From positions 32,001-96,000 of the IMG/VR virus record IMGVR_UViG_3300044630_002434: DNA of 64,000 bases, one strand, 5' to 3'. Positions 1 to 8,197 of the stretch are shown piece by piece. The translations under genes were made by a program, and so were the position numbers. Origin of the DNA: a virus. Numbering within the stretch: the stretch's first letter is position 1; each line of letters opens with the position of its first letter. The notes under the pieces are model-generated. The model saw nothing but the letters and a program-made list of their open reading frames with translations. It was not told the DNA's origin and searched no databases.

Positions 1-25
1 CGGTACAGGGGCTAGACCTTTTAGA

Positions 26-184
26 CTATTCCGCCCAATGATGATTAAGTAGTTCCAACTCATCCGAGTTGTCAGACCACGCTTTCATCCTGATGATGTT
101 CACTATCTGGTCAAAGGTTAGTTCCTCGTCTGCCTTGTAAGTGATGTTCAAGGTTAAAGGAATCTTTGCTGTGTAGTTTTCCAT
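26..184 (-). CDS. small hypothetical early protein (MENYTAK..., 52 aa)
   Basis: Start reassigned to the ATG after SD GAGGG; promoter TTGACA-17-TAGAAT at 234-262. Confidence 0.7.
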   Translation of the reverse strand: MENYTAKIPLTLNITYKADEELTFDQIVNIIRMKAWSDNSDELELLNHHWAE

Positions 185-354
185 TGTCTGGGTTTCCCTC
201 TTTTCAGTTATACACCAACTTGGTGATAACACCATTCTATCATCTAACCTGACATTTGTCAAACACAAGTATTTACCGCGTGTCTGGTGTCAATTTGCTT
301 TTTGTCAGGTTAATGTGGTATGCTTATCTTGTAGGACAACGAAGGGTCACACAG

Positions 355-386
355 AAGAAAGCCTCCCGAAAGGGGGGCTTTCTTTA
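355..386. terminator. bidirectional intrinsic terminator
   Basis: AAGAAAGCCTCCC-GAAA-GGGGGGCTTTCTTT hairpin with A/T tails. Confidence 0.75.
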
Positions 387-569
387 TTTGTCTAGAATTC
401 TAAATACGGGTTCGCAAGGGTCGCCACCCTCTTCAGCGTATTCCTGTTCTTCAGGTGTTAGGTAGTCCCAGCCACTATCGTGTACCGCACAATACTGTTC
501 GCTAATCCACCCTTTTGTTATACCGAACAGCACCCATTCTGCGCGTTCATCCCATTCTTCGTCTTGCAT
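384..569 (-). CDS. hypothetical protein (61 aa)
   Basis: ORF with SD AAGGGG; acidic phage-like composition. Confidence 0.7.
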   Translation of the reverse strand: MQDEEWDERAEWVLFGITKGWISEQYCAVHDSGWDYLTPEEQEYAEEGGDPCEPVFRILDK

Positions 570-587
570 CTCGACCCCTTAAAAATT

Positions 588-1148
588 TCAGTTATCTTTA
601 TACTGTACCGTAATGTGAATAGTTCCGCCAGTACCTGAATCCAAGTAAGACGAGATAGTTATGGCTTCCTTTAGGTAAGCCTTTGCTTCTTCCACTGTGA
701 CCTTAGCCCCAACCATTGAATGCAATGCGCCAAGCGCGAATGATGAACCGCTACCAATACCGTAAATACCTGCAACATCTCTTGCCCAGCAGTAGTCGTT
801 AGCAATTTCATAGACAATCCCATTGACACAAACTATGATGTCAAACTCTTGGTTTCCGTCTTTTGCGTAGCCATTTGTTTCAAAGTAGCCTCTGATTACT
901 GGAATCAGTTTAGTAGAAACAAACTTATCGAGTTTAACTCCACTCAAGTTCTCCGCATCAGGCAAAGGAATGTCCGCAAGTAAGTTCACAGCCCTTAAAT
1001 CTCCCGCTGCGCCTACGAGATAGTTTCCGTTCTTAGATACTTTCTTTATCCCATTTGGTAAAAGATAGACTCTGTTGTCTGAGGAAATCTGAGAGTCGAA
1101 CCCAACAACCGTGAAACCCTCTCCCTGAATTGCTGCAATAGTTGTCAT
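588..1148 (-). CDS. Ntn-hydrolase, HslV/proteasome beta-subunit-like threonine protease
   Basis: N-terminal MTTIAAI (Thr nucleophile), DSQ, K, GAAG and GIGSGS motifs, C-terminal D..TGG. Confidence 0.8.
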   Translation of the reverse strand: MTTIAAIQGEGFTVVGFDSQISSDNRVYLLPNGIKKVSKNGNYLVGAAGDLRAVNLLADIPLPDAENLSGVKLDKFVSTKLIPVIRGYFETNGYAKDGNQEFDIIVCVNGIVYEIANDYCWARDVAGIYGIGSGSSFALGALHSMVGAKVTVEEAKAYLKEAITISSYLDSGTGGTIHITVQYKDN

Positions 1149-1165
1149 TGGAAAAAATTTCAGTC

Positions 1166-1432
1166 CTAAACTTCGTAGTCAATCGCGTCATCCCAAAGTA
1201 AATCTTTTAGTTCACTTTCGTATTTTGCTGAGTTCCAGCCATTAGTTTTTTCGGAGATGTCTTCCTCATCAACAATTGAATCTAAAGATAATACTGCCGT
1301 GTAGCCGTCATCCTCGAACATAACTATTAACTTGGTGTCATCTCTGTCCGCGTCATCAACAATAGCAACGACAAAGGACTCGCCCATACGATTAACGTGA
1401 TACGCGCTCTGGAGAATTTCTAATCTGCTCAT
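1166..1432 (-). CDS. hypothetical protein (88 aa), probably leaderless
   Basis: ORF; TAATGT -10-like box shortly upstream of the ATG. Confidence 0.7.
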   Translation of the reverse strand: MSRLEILQSAYHVNRMGESFVVAIVDDADRDDTKLIVMFEDDGYTAVLSLDSIVDEEDISEKTNGWNSAKYESELKDLLWDDAIDYEV

Positions 1433-1469
1433 AGCAAAAACATTACCGCATCCTAAGAGAGGCTATTTT

Positions 1470-1715
1470 TTACTTAGAAACCCTGCCTACATACACGGTA
1501 GTACGCCTATCGCTTAGGCTCACTACCTTGACAATCTTGCTAGTGTTGTCGAGATTAAGTTCTCTAATCAACGCACTAGCCCTTGGGTTATTGACCGTGC
1601 TAAGTTGCTTATGCGCGTAGGCAATCGCCAACCCCAAAGAGGTTTGAGTTCTACTCTCTAGGGGAGGCTTTATTTCCTTGCCCTTAGAGTTCATTAGTGT
1701 TACTGAATACTTCAT
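1470..1715 (-). CDS. hypothetical basic protein (81 aa), leaderless
   Basis: TTGACA-16-TAGACT promoter ending 6 nt before the ATG. Confidence 0.7.
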   Translation of the reverse strand: MKYSVTLMNSKGKEIKPPLESRTQTSLGLAIAYAHKQLSTVNNPRASALIRELNLDNTSKIVKVVSLSDRRTTVYVGRVSK

Positions 1716-1741
1716 ACCTCTAGTCTACCTAAAAATTTCAG

Positions 1742-1989
1742 TTTGTCAAGTTAGTCAAAATACTCTATGACAACCGCGCCCACGAAAGAAACCGCACCAA
1801 TTACTAGAGTTGCGATTAGGTAGGTAGGTGTTATAACTACTGGCTTTAGTAATCCAATAAACATAAGTTGTAGTTCCAGTAATGCCAATGGCAATGAGCC
1901 AATAGCAACATAAGTTAGTACGGCTTGTAAGTTAAATAAAAACATCTTGCTCTCCTTTTCTTTATCGCCCCTTGCGATAACTCTATTAT
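1742..1989. repeat. copy 1 of exact 248-bp duplication (copy 2 at 8198-8445)
   Basis: Identical by direct comparison, offset 6456. Confidence 0.95.
1751..1945 (-). CDS. small membrane protein (64 aa, 2 TM), copy 1
   Basis: MFLFNLQAVL... hydrophobic; SD AAGGAG; own promoter. Confidence 0.8.
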   Translation of the reverse strand: MFLFNLQAVLTYVAIGSLPLALLELQLMFIGLLKPVVITPTYLIATLVIGAVSFVGAVVIEYFD

Positions 1990-2019
1990 AACATAACTCT
2001 TTTGGCTTGTCAAGCATTA

Positions 2020-2133
2020 CTAAACATACGGCAACATTTGATGAAACCAAGACAAATCGTCTTTAGTAATCTTTCCTAGTTTAAGACCAAGGTAGTAAAG
2101 GTCGGCAACTTTTTTCTTGTAGTTTCTATCCAT
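2020..2133 (-). CDS. micro-protein (37 aa, MDRNYKKK...), leaderless
   Basis: Translated by hand; consensus promoter 2140-2168 directly upstream. Confidence 0.55.
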   Translation of the reverse strand: MDRNYKKKVADLYYLGLKLGKITKDDLSWFHQMLPYV

Positions 2134-2174
2134 AAAACTATTATAGAGTATTAACCTGACTTTGTCAAGTTAAA

Positions 2175-2300
2175 CGCCAGACGCGCCACCGAAAGGGGTT
2201 AAGGTGACGCGCCTAGCATTTGTGAGTGGGGAGAAAGGGGGGCAACCCCACTCGTATTCGGAGCATAGGGAGAAGGGAGTAAACCCTTGCTCTACGAACT
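2175..2300 (-). ncRNA. candidate three-hairpin small RNA with C-rich anti-SD loops
   Basis: Stems at 2257-2298, 2224-2253 and 2175-2218; loops UUUACUCCCUUCU, UUGCCCCCCUUUCU, UUAACCCCUUUC; G-U pairs work only on the minus strand; extended -10 TGcTAAAGT at about 2306-2314; no credible ORF. Confidence 0.7.
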
Positions 2301-2447
2301 CCTCTACTTTAGCATAAAAAAATTTCAGTTATGCTTCCGTGTCGGAATTTTTAACAATCTCCGCAGACTGACTTGCTCGAAACTTTCTTCGAGTCAAGCC
2401 CAAACCTTTTACCGCATCTCCAGCAGTTAGTAAAGATAGTCACTACT

Positions 2448-2666
2448 TCACTCCCCAATCTCTGGAATGTCGTAGTCATTAAGAGTCTGGCACTTCGGGC
2501 AAGTCCAAACACCGCGACCCCAATCGTCAAAAGATACTTCCTCTTGACCCTCGTACTGGCAAGCAACTTCATCTAAACCAAGTTCGATAGTGCCTAAACA
2601 AACTACTTCAATGTCTGCTGAATCCGCGTAGAATCCTGACCCTCTTAGTGAACCTTCGTAACTCAT
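2448..2666 (-). CDS. hypothetical Cys-containing protein (72 aa)
   Basis: SD GAAGGG, leader hairpin, promoter; CPKC motif. Confidence 0.75.
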   Translation of the reverse strand: MSYEGSLRGSGFYADSADIEVVCLGTIELGLDEVACQYEGQEEVSFDDWGRGVWTCPKCQTLNDYDIPEIGE

Positions 2667-2734
2667 TTTGTTTCCCTTCTTTATCGCCCCTTGCGATAAC
2701 TCTATTATAGCATACTTCTTTTTAAGTTGTCAAG

Positions 2735-2908
2735 TTATCTAACAACCGTGCCGTTCCAGTCTGACGGTAGTAGGTATTTAGCCTTCAATGAGTCGTGACA
2801 GGTATCTACAACTATCTGACAAACATCATCTATTATGTGTTCGCCTATCCCGTCAAGGTAGGCTCTTAAATTTTCCTGCAACTGTTCTTGCAAATCTTTA
2901 ATGCTCAT
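2735..2908 (-). CDS. hypothetical protein (57 aa, MSIKDLQ...)
   Basis: Translated by hand; SD GAAAGGAG; stop abuts the next -35 box. Confidence 0.7.
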   Translation of the reverse strand: MSIKDLQEQLQENLRAYLDGIGEHIIDDVCQIVVDTCHDSLKAKYLLPSDWNGTVVR

Positions 2909-2985
2909 TTATTTCTCCTTTCATAAAAATAAATAAAAGTTCCCCGACCCTAAATTTCCAAAATTATCTAGGGGCGGGGAATTCT

Positions 2986-3180
2986 TTAGTTGTCGTTAAT
3001 ACCTAGCAAAGCGAAAATTTCATCTTCGTTTAAGACAGTAACCTTTTCTCCACTATCATCAACAATCTTTACGCTAGTCACGCGGTAAGAGTTAGCAACC
3101 AAGTCACGAACTTCTTGCGCCGTGTTAGCGGTAAAACTGTATTCGTTATCTTTCGACTTCATTGTTACGTTGTAAGCCAT
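2986..3180 (-). CDS. hypothetical protein (64 aa, MAYNVTM...)
   Basis: SD AGAAGGGAG; hairpin downstream. Confidence 0.75.
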   Translation of the reverse strand: MAYNVTMKSKDNEYSFTANTAQEVRDLVANSYRVTSVKIVDDSGEKVTVLNEDEIFALLGINDN

Positions 3181-3237
3181 TTCGTTCTCCCTTCTTGGCT
3201 CTACCCTTTCCGCACTTTGCGGAAAAGTTTTCAGTTT

Positions 3238-3508
3238 ATGAAGTAGGTAGGTGGCTCTCTCAACCACCTGTATGCGCTTCCCCACGCTTCCTATTCGGCT
3301 ACCTACTTCAGTTTTGACTGGCGAACTACGCACCGCACTCCAGTTGTAGTTGTCTTATCTAGTGCAAGACCAGTCAAGTCTTAATAAAGTGAGCCTTGGT
3401 CTGCAATCATTGTTAGGTAGTTGTAGTCAGGCTATTTGCCTTTTCCGTTCACTAACGACCCGTTACCCGTTTATCCTCGGCACTCACTTCGTATCTCTAT
3501 TTAGTTAT
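3238..3508 (-). ncRNA. candidate multi-domain structured RNA (about 270 nt)
   Basis: Own promoter TTGCGA-17-TAGACT (3515-3543); long-range helices 3239-3250/3299-3310, 3314-3321/3370-3377, 3387-3393/3483-3489; no SD-led ORF. Confidence 0.6.
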
Positions 3509-3544
3509 AACCCTAGTCTATCATACTAGGTCTGCTTTCGCAAG

Positions 3545-3623
3545 TCCCAAGAGTAGGAATCGAACCTACCGTGCCAAAGCGAGTGATTTACAGTCACCTT
3601 CCCCACCTTGGGGAATCCTTGGG
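3545..3623 (-). tRNA. tRNA-Tyr(GTA), atypical
   Basis: Acceptor CCCAAGG/TCTTGGG+A, anticodon arm GGTGA-CTGTAAA-TCACT, T arm GTAGG-TTCGATT-CCTAC, long variable region, no encoded CCA; own promoter 3643-3671. Confidence 0.85.
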
Positions 3624-3657
3624 GTTATTTAATTATGAGTCTAGTTTATCATACTAG

Positions 3658-3825
3658 TTATCTCTTGTCAAGTTCCTCGATTAGTCTTGTTCGGCGTACA
3701 ACATCTTTGGTACTCCAACCTTGACCAATCTCGGCGCAAGACTGTAAGTAATAATCTAAGTCTTGAATTTCATCGTGAAGTTCATTGACCGTGAGTTCTT
3801 CTACTTGTTTGTTTCTTGTAAGCAT
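3658..3825 (-). CDS. hypothetical protein (55 aa, MLTRNKQ...)
   Basis: Translated by hand; SD GAAAGGGG; promoter upstream. Confidence 0.65.
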   Translation of the reverse strand: MLTRNKQVEELTVNELHDEIQDLDYYLQSCAEIGQGWSTKDVVRRTRLIEELDKR

Positions 3826-3976
3826 CTTTGCCCCTTTCGTTCCTCAAGTCTATAACATCTACCTGACAAATGCAAGTCACGGGGAAAGATAGTTTAACGA
3901 AGGCGGGACTCAGAATAAAAAATTTCAGTTATGCCCAAAAAAGAAACCCGCATTTCTGCGGGCTTCCATTTTTAGA

Positions 3977-4150
3977 TTAGTAGTTTTCGTTCACCCAATC
4001 CACAACGTCTTGCATTGTGTCCGCGCTACGCGCTACCGCTAGAAAGTTCTCATCTTCTAGCAATAGGTGTTCGGAAACCGTAGTTTCTCCCGCAACGAAA
4101 CCTAGTACCACTCTCAAATTTAGAGTTGTCATTAGTTGTCCTGTTGTCAT
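3977..4150 (-). CDS. hypothetical protein (57 aa)
   Basis: SD GAGAGGGG; promoter upstream and terminator downstream. Confidence 0.7.
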   Translation of the reverse strand: MTTGQLMTTLNLRVVLGFVAGETTVSEHLLLEDENFLAVARSADTMQDVVDWVNENY

Positions 4151-4214
4151 TTTTTCACCCCTCTCCGTGTGATAACACGAGTCTATCATACCTACCTGAC
4201 AATTGCAAGCAAAT

Positions 4215-4245
4215 AAGAAAACCCCCGTATTAACGGGGGCTTTCT
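4215..4245. terminator. intrinsic terminator
   Basis: CCCCCG-TATTAA-CGGGGG stem with U tail on the minus strand. Confidence 0.75.
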
Positions 4246-4254
4246 CCGTATCGC

Positions 4255-4419
4255 TTAGGCGTAGATAACCTTAAACACTAAGTCCATAGCGTGACGCTCG
4301 GCATCTGACCAAGCACTTTCACCTCTAAACTTTTTAACTGTCTTGCCATTGACGCGAACGATACCACTCATTGAATCTGACTCAACGGTGATGCCGTGTC
4401 CATAATCTGTAGTTTCCAT
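4255..4419 (-). CDS. hypothetical protein (54 aa, METTDYG...)
   Basis: Translated by hand; SD GAAAGGGG; flanked by promoter and terminator. Confidence 0.7.
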   Translation of the reverse strand: METTDYGHGITVESDSMSGIVRVNGKTVKKFRGESAWSDAERHAMDLVFKVIYA

Positions 4420-4475
4420 AACTACCCCTTTCGTTATCTCTATTGTAGCGTATTAACCTGACAAATGCAAGTCAT

Positions 4476-4506
4476 AAAGAAAACCCCCTCCGTAGAGGGG
4501 GCTTTC
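4476..4506 (-). terminator. intrinsic terminator with UACG tetraloop
   Basis: CCCCCTC-TACG-GAGGGGG then U tract; the same UACG loop occurs at about 4954-4971 and 9381-9400. Confidence 0.8.
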
Positions 4507-4519
4507 CAAGGGGTTCGCG

Positions 4520-4828
4520 CTATACGTTGAATAGGTTCTGCACGGCGGTTAATGCTTTTGTATCTTTGCCACCAACGTGCCAACGGTAGTAACCGTAGTT
4601 AATTCCATTTTCGTAGTTCTTCCAATCGTAGATACTCGCGACAAAAACCTCGCCAGTTTCTTCATCTTCAAACTTTAGTAACCATTCTGCCTGTACCTTA
4701 TCTTCGGGGTATCCCGTGTAGTGAGGTTCTCCCAACTTTTCTACAATAGTTGCGTAGGTTGTATTGACGTACCCAACTAATGAAGTTCCGCTTATGTCTA
4801 CAGAATTACTTTTCTCTATAAGTTTCAT
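4520..4828 (-). CDS. conserved phage hypothetical protein (102 aa)
   Basis: LGEP...KV.AEW...IYDWK...WHVGG pattern; SD AAAGGAG. Confidence 0.8.
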   Translation of the reverse strand: MKLIEKSNSVDISGTSLVGYVNTTYATIVEKLGEPHYTGYPEDKVQAEWLLKFEDEETGEVFVASIYDWKNYENGINYGYYRWHVGGKDTKALTAVQNLFNV

Positions 4829-4984
4829 TTTTTCTCCTTTTCGTGGCATCTCCACTACCTAAAGTAAACCATACAACCTGACCTTTGTCAAGTTGTGCAA
4901 ACTCCCGCGCGTCCCTAAAAAATTTCAGTTTTAAGTTCCCGCGCAAAAAATAATCCGCCCCGTAGGGCGGACCATTTTTGTAGG

Positions 4985-5458
4985 TTAGAATCTGCGAGCG
5001 CAGACTGGACCAATACCGCGAGCAACCGAAACCTCATCAGTTAGTTCACGACCGCAAGCGACACACACGCCAAACTGCAAACCGTAGTCGCAAGCCTGTT
5101 CAAGAGTCATCTTGTCATTAGCCGAGATAGCGCGAATGTAACTAGGGTCATACTGGAATGACCCCCCAACCAATTTGGTTGCGTATGGGCGACCTGACGA
5201 CTGCGAAATTTTAACGCGGTAGACAACGCCCTCCTTAAAGTAAACGCCGACCTCAAGCGCGACAACTGGCGCGGTAGTGCGTGACTCGCGCGGTGCGTAT
5301 GGAAACGACCGCAGGGTGTCAATGAGGGTACTGGCTTCGCGCTTGGATAGCACGGTGATGTCGCCAATGGTGGCGCGGAATGTGTCCGAAACTTCGCGTG
5401 ACGCGAGCAGGGACTGGGCATACGAGATTTGGCTCTCGGTGGCTTGTGTTGTGTTCAT
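4985..5458 (-). CDS. DUF6011-like zinc-finger protein, leaderless
   Basis: C-terminal CVACGRELTD..S..RGIGPVC motif. Confidence 0.75.
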   Translation of the reverse strand: MNTTQATESQISYAQSLLASREVSDTFRATIGDITVLSKREASTLIDTLRSFPYAPRESRTTAPVVALEVGVYFKEGVVYRVKISQSSGRPYATKLVGGSFQYDPSYIRAISANDKMTLEQACDYGLQFGVCVACGRELTDEVSVARGIGPVCARRF

Positions 5459-5640
5459 AGAACAACACTATCAAGTAACCTGACAAAAGTCAAGCGAAGA
5501 ACTCAGAACTATTTTTTCCGGGCTGAGCCTGGCAAAAAGCCTGGCGACAAAACTGAAATTTTTTACCCCGCGCAAAATTAAAAAATTAAAACCAAAAACC
5601 CCCAGCGATTTGCTAGGGGTCATTGGCTAGGGGTTATTCG

Positions 5641-5865
5641 TTAAGCACTTATCTTTTCGCCGAGATAGATTTCTAACTCCGTGCTGTTTTCTCTTGTCTT
5701 TCGGTCTAGAACTTCTTGAACTTCGTCAAGAGATTTTCCAAACTCATACGACACGGTAAGAATTGCAGACAATACGCCGTATTCGTTTGTGTCTAGGCTT
5801 GGGTACTTTGCTATGTGCAAAGCATTGTAAGACTTTAGAAAGTCTTGAGTATTTAGTGTTTTCAC
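5641..5865 (-). CDS. hypothetical protein (74 aa)
   Basis: GTG start after SD AAGGAG. Confidence 0.65.
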   Translation of the reverse strand: MKTLNTQDFLKSYNALHIAKYPSLDTNEYGVLSAILTVSYEFGKSLDEVQEVLDRKTRENSTELEIYLGEKISA

Positions 5866-5973
5866 TTCATTCTCCTTTTTAGTTGCCCTTTGCAACTTCA
5901 TAAAACAATCATAACACACTTGTCTGACAAATGCAAGTAAGGTGCGCCAGCCGTAGCCAGCGCACCCGTGAAC

Positions 5974-6318
5974 TTAAACGGCTAACCCAAATTCCTTTAG
6001 GAACTCTAATTGCTTTTGGGTGAGTCCAGTAGTTTCGCCCTCTCCGTCATTAGATGTAAGAAATACATCTCCAACGATTATGTCCGTACCAATTCCGTAC
6101 TTGTCCCAGAATAGGTTAGTGGCAATTCTGTTTGGCTCAAGTCCAATTAGTTTGCCTTCCTCGTTTAGCCATAGGTCAATGTCCTCGCCTACAACCGCGC
6201 ACTCAATCCAACCATTGACCGCGTTACGAATTACCTCGTAAGACTCGCCAACTGTGAACTCACGAGTTTCAACTGTGCCATCTACTCCAATGAATAGACC
6301 CTTTGCTTTGTCGCTCAT
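5974..6318 (-). CDS. DUF3846-like protein
   Basis: V.GWIE...NEEGKL..L..N..AT...IVGDV motif. Confidence 0.8.
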   Translation of the reverse strand: MSDKAKGLFIGVDGTVETREFTVGESYEVIRNAVNGWIECAVVGEDIDLWLNEEGKLIGLEPNRIATNLFWDKYGIGTDIIVGDVFLTSNDGEGETTGLTQKQLEFLKEFGLAV

Positions 6319-6445
6319 CTCTTCCCTTTCTTTGTGGTATTTCCACTAATAGAAATAATACCACATCTCCCTGACATTTGCAAGTTAATTTTTCCGTGTG
6401 GGTTTCCGACCTAAAAAATTTCAGTTATCTAACTCAGCGCAAAAA

Positions 6446-6577
6446 TTATTCTTCTATCGAATCAAAATAGTTGTTCACATCAACGATTGAGCAAGGTTCG
6501 CATTGCTCATAGTCACCATCAAGGCTGAACTTGTCTAGCGCATTACCGCACTCAATGCAAAGTTTTAATTCGTTCAT
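6446..6577 (-). CDS. Cys-rich micro-protein (43 aa)
   Basis: Translated by hand; TAATG coupling to the upstream ORF. Confidence 0.55.
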   Translation of the reverse strand: MNELKLCIECGNALDKFSLDGDYEQCEPCSIVDVNNYFDSIEE

Positions 6578-6765
6578 TACGCACCCCCTAATTCAGTTTC
6601 GAACTCGTATAAATCTTCGTCGTGTTCTGGACAGACCGCGTAGTAACCTTTGGTCACATCTTCGAAACTAACTTCAGTCTTGCAACGAGCGCAAACAACG
6701 CTTTCATCTTCGCCTAGTGCTTCTTCCGCACCGCGTAGTAACCATTCATCAAATCCTTGTAGCAC
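6577..6765 (-). CDS. hypothetical zinc-ribbon protein (62 aa)
   Basis: CARC...CPEH; SD GGGAGG. Confidence 0.7.
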   Translation of the reverse strand: MLQGFDEWLLRGAEEALGEDESVVCARCKTEVSFEDVTKGYYAVCPEHDEDLYEFETELGGA

Positions 6766-6872
6766 TTTGCTACCTCCCTTTCTTGTATTTCTATTGTAGC
6801 GCATTAGTCTGACATTTGCAAGTAACCGCGCAAAAAGAAAGAGCGAGCCTTTCGGCTCGCCCCTCCTAGAGT

Positions 6873-7283
6873 TTAGTAACTCGCGTGAGTTCGATTAGAA
6901 CCTAAGTCACTAGCAAGTTCGTAAATGTGGTCAATGTTAATTGTCCGACTCTCGCCCTTGTTGTTGTACGCAGTAGCATCACCCGTAAAGTAGCGATACT
7001 TCTCGTAACCATTAGTAATGATTACCGCGACCCAATCATCTTGCAAGTGACGCTTAAATACATCAGCCCAGTCAATCTCGTCAAACTCTTCTGTTTCGTC
7101 ATTGTAGATTGACCAAATTTCTCCAGAACCATCATCATCATTGTCAAGAAATCCGTAAAGTGTTACGCCATCTTTCTCTTGAGTAATTACCTTTACAGGG
7201 TAGTTCTCAAGTTCTGCTGTAAACGCTTCCGCATCTTTTACCGCAAAGTAGTTGCTTCGCGTCTGTCCGTAGTAATTAGCCAT
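6873..7283 (-). CDS. conserved phage hypothetical protein (136 aa)
   Basis: MANYY...RSNYF.VKD and G.EK.RY pattern; promoter, leader hairpin, terminator. Confidence 0.8.
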   Translation of the reverse strand: MANYYGQTRSNYFAVKDAEAFTAELENYPVKVITQEKDGVTLYGFLDNDDDGSGEIWSIYNDETEEFDEIDWADVFKRHLQDDWVAVIITNGYEKYRYFTGDATAYNNKGESRTINIDHIYELASDLGSNRTHASY

Positions 7284-7353
7284 TTGGCTGTCCCTTCCGC
7301 AAGTAAGCCCTTCTCACTCGCTGTATCTATTATTTCTTATTACCTAACATTTG

Positions 7354-7656
7354 TCAAGTTGATTTAATAATTACGAGTCCCGTGTCCTGCGTTTCAAGTC
7401 CATAGCCCTCAGACAGTTCTTCTTCTAGCCATTGAGTTGAGTAATCAAAAACATAAAACAAATCTCTTTGCATTTCTTCGTCTGACTCTCCCGCAAAAAA
7501 ATTCAGTTTATCTTCTTCCCAGATTTCGGTGTTGATGTCATACCCATACTTCATAGCAAGTTCGACTACCGCAATCTGAAACCTGATGTGCGGGTCAGGT
7601 AGTTCACTCTCGTACCTAACCCACACGCCTAAGTCTTTCTCTGTGACCTTAATCAA
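7354..7656 (-). CDS. hypothetical protein (100 aa)
   Basis: ORF whose TGA stop lies inside the next TTGACA box. Confidence 0.7.
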   Translation of the reverse strand: MIKVTEKDLGVWVRYESELPDPHIRFQIAVVELAMKYGYDINTEIWEEDKLNFFAGESDEEMQRDLFYVFDYSTQWLEEELSEGYGLETQDTGLVIIKST

Positions 7657-7909
7657 CTCTTACTTCTTTCTCTCCTTGTAGTAATCCGCAAGACGAGCAA
7701 GGATAGTCGTCAATGTTGATGTCGTACACAAATCGGTGTTCGCAGTCTACACGCCAAATACCGTAGCACTCACAAACAAAACAACGGTGCTTGTCCTCGC
7801 CAAGTTCGATTACTTCATCTCGCTGGATAATCCAATTACAATCATCACACCGAAAAGATTTCACTTTTTCGTTCGAGTTGTTGCTGACAAAAATCCACTC
7901 TTCTGCCAT
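7649..7909 (-). CDS. Cys-rich hypothetical protein (86 aa)
   Basis: Three CxxC pairs; translational coupling. Confidence 0.7.
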   Translation of the reverse strand: MAEEWIFVSNNSNEKVKSFRCDDCNWIIQRDEVIELGEDKHRCFVCECYGIWRVDCEHRFVYDINIDDYPCSSCGLLQGEKEVRVD

Positions 7910-8136
7910 TAGAACACTCTCCCGTACTCGTTCATAACTACTCCCCCGCCACCGCTAGGTGATGTAACTTCCCATTGTTCGTATGGTGTTGGGTCGTAAT
8001 TATCTCGGCACTCTTTACACCACAGAATGTCCATTCTGTCGTACTTCTCAAACATTTCCACTTTTGGGAAATCTTGTTCGCAGTCCACGCAGAAATCGTT
8101 TTCTGCTGGTATCTCAATTCCAAGCCATTGTGTCAT
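7909..8136 (-). CDS. hypothetical zinc-finger protein (75 aa)
   Basis: CVDC...CKEC; SD AAGGGAG. Confidence 0.7.
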   Translation of the reverse strand: MTQWLGIEIPAENDFCVDCEQDFPKVEMFEKYDRMDILWCKECRDNYDPTPYEQWEVTSPSGGGGVVMNEYGRVF

Positions 8137-8197
8137 TTTGTTCTCCCTTTTCTTTATCGCCCTTTGCGATAGTTCTATCTTACGGACTTTTCTAACT

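Noticed and set aside
2986-3333. 115-aa ORF-track protein spanning the structured RNA
   Set aside because: No SD at the upstream start; a strong SD precedes the ATG at 3180
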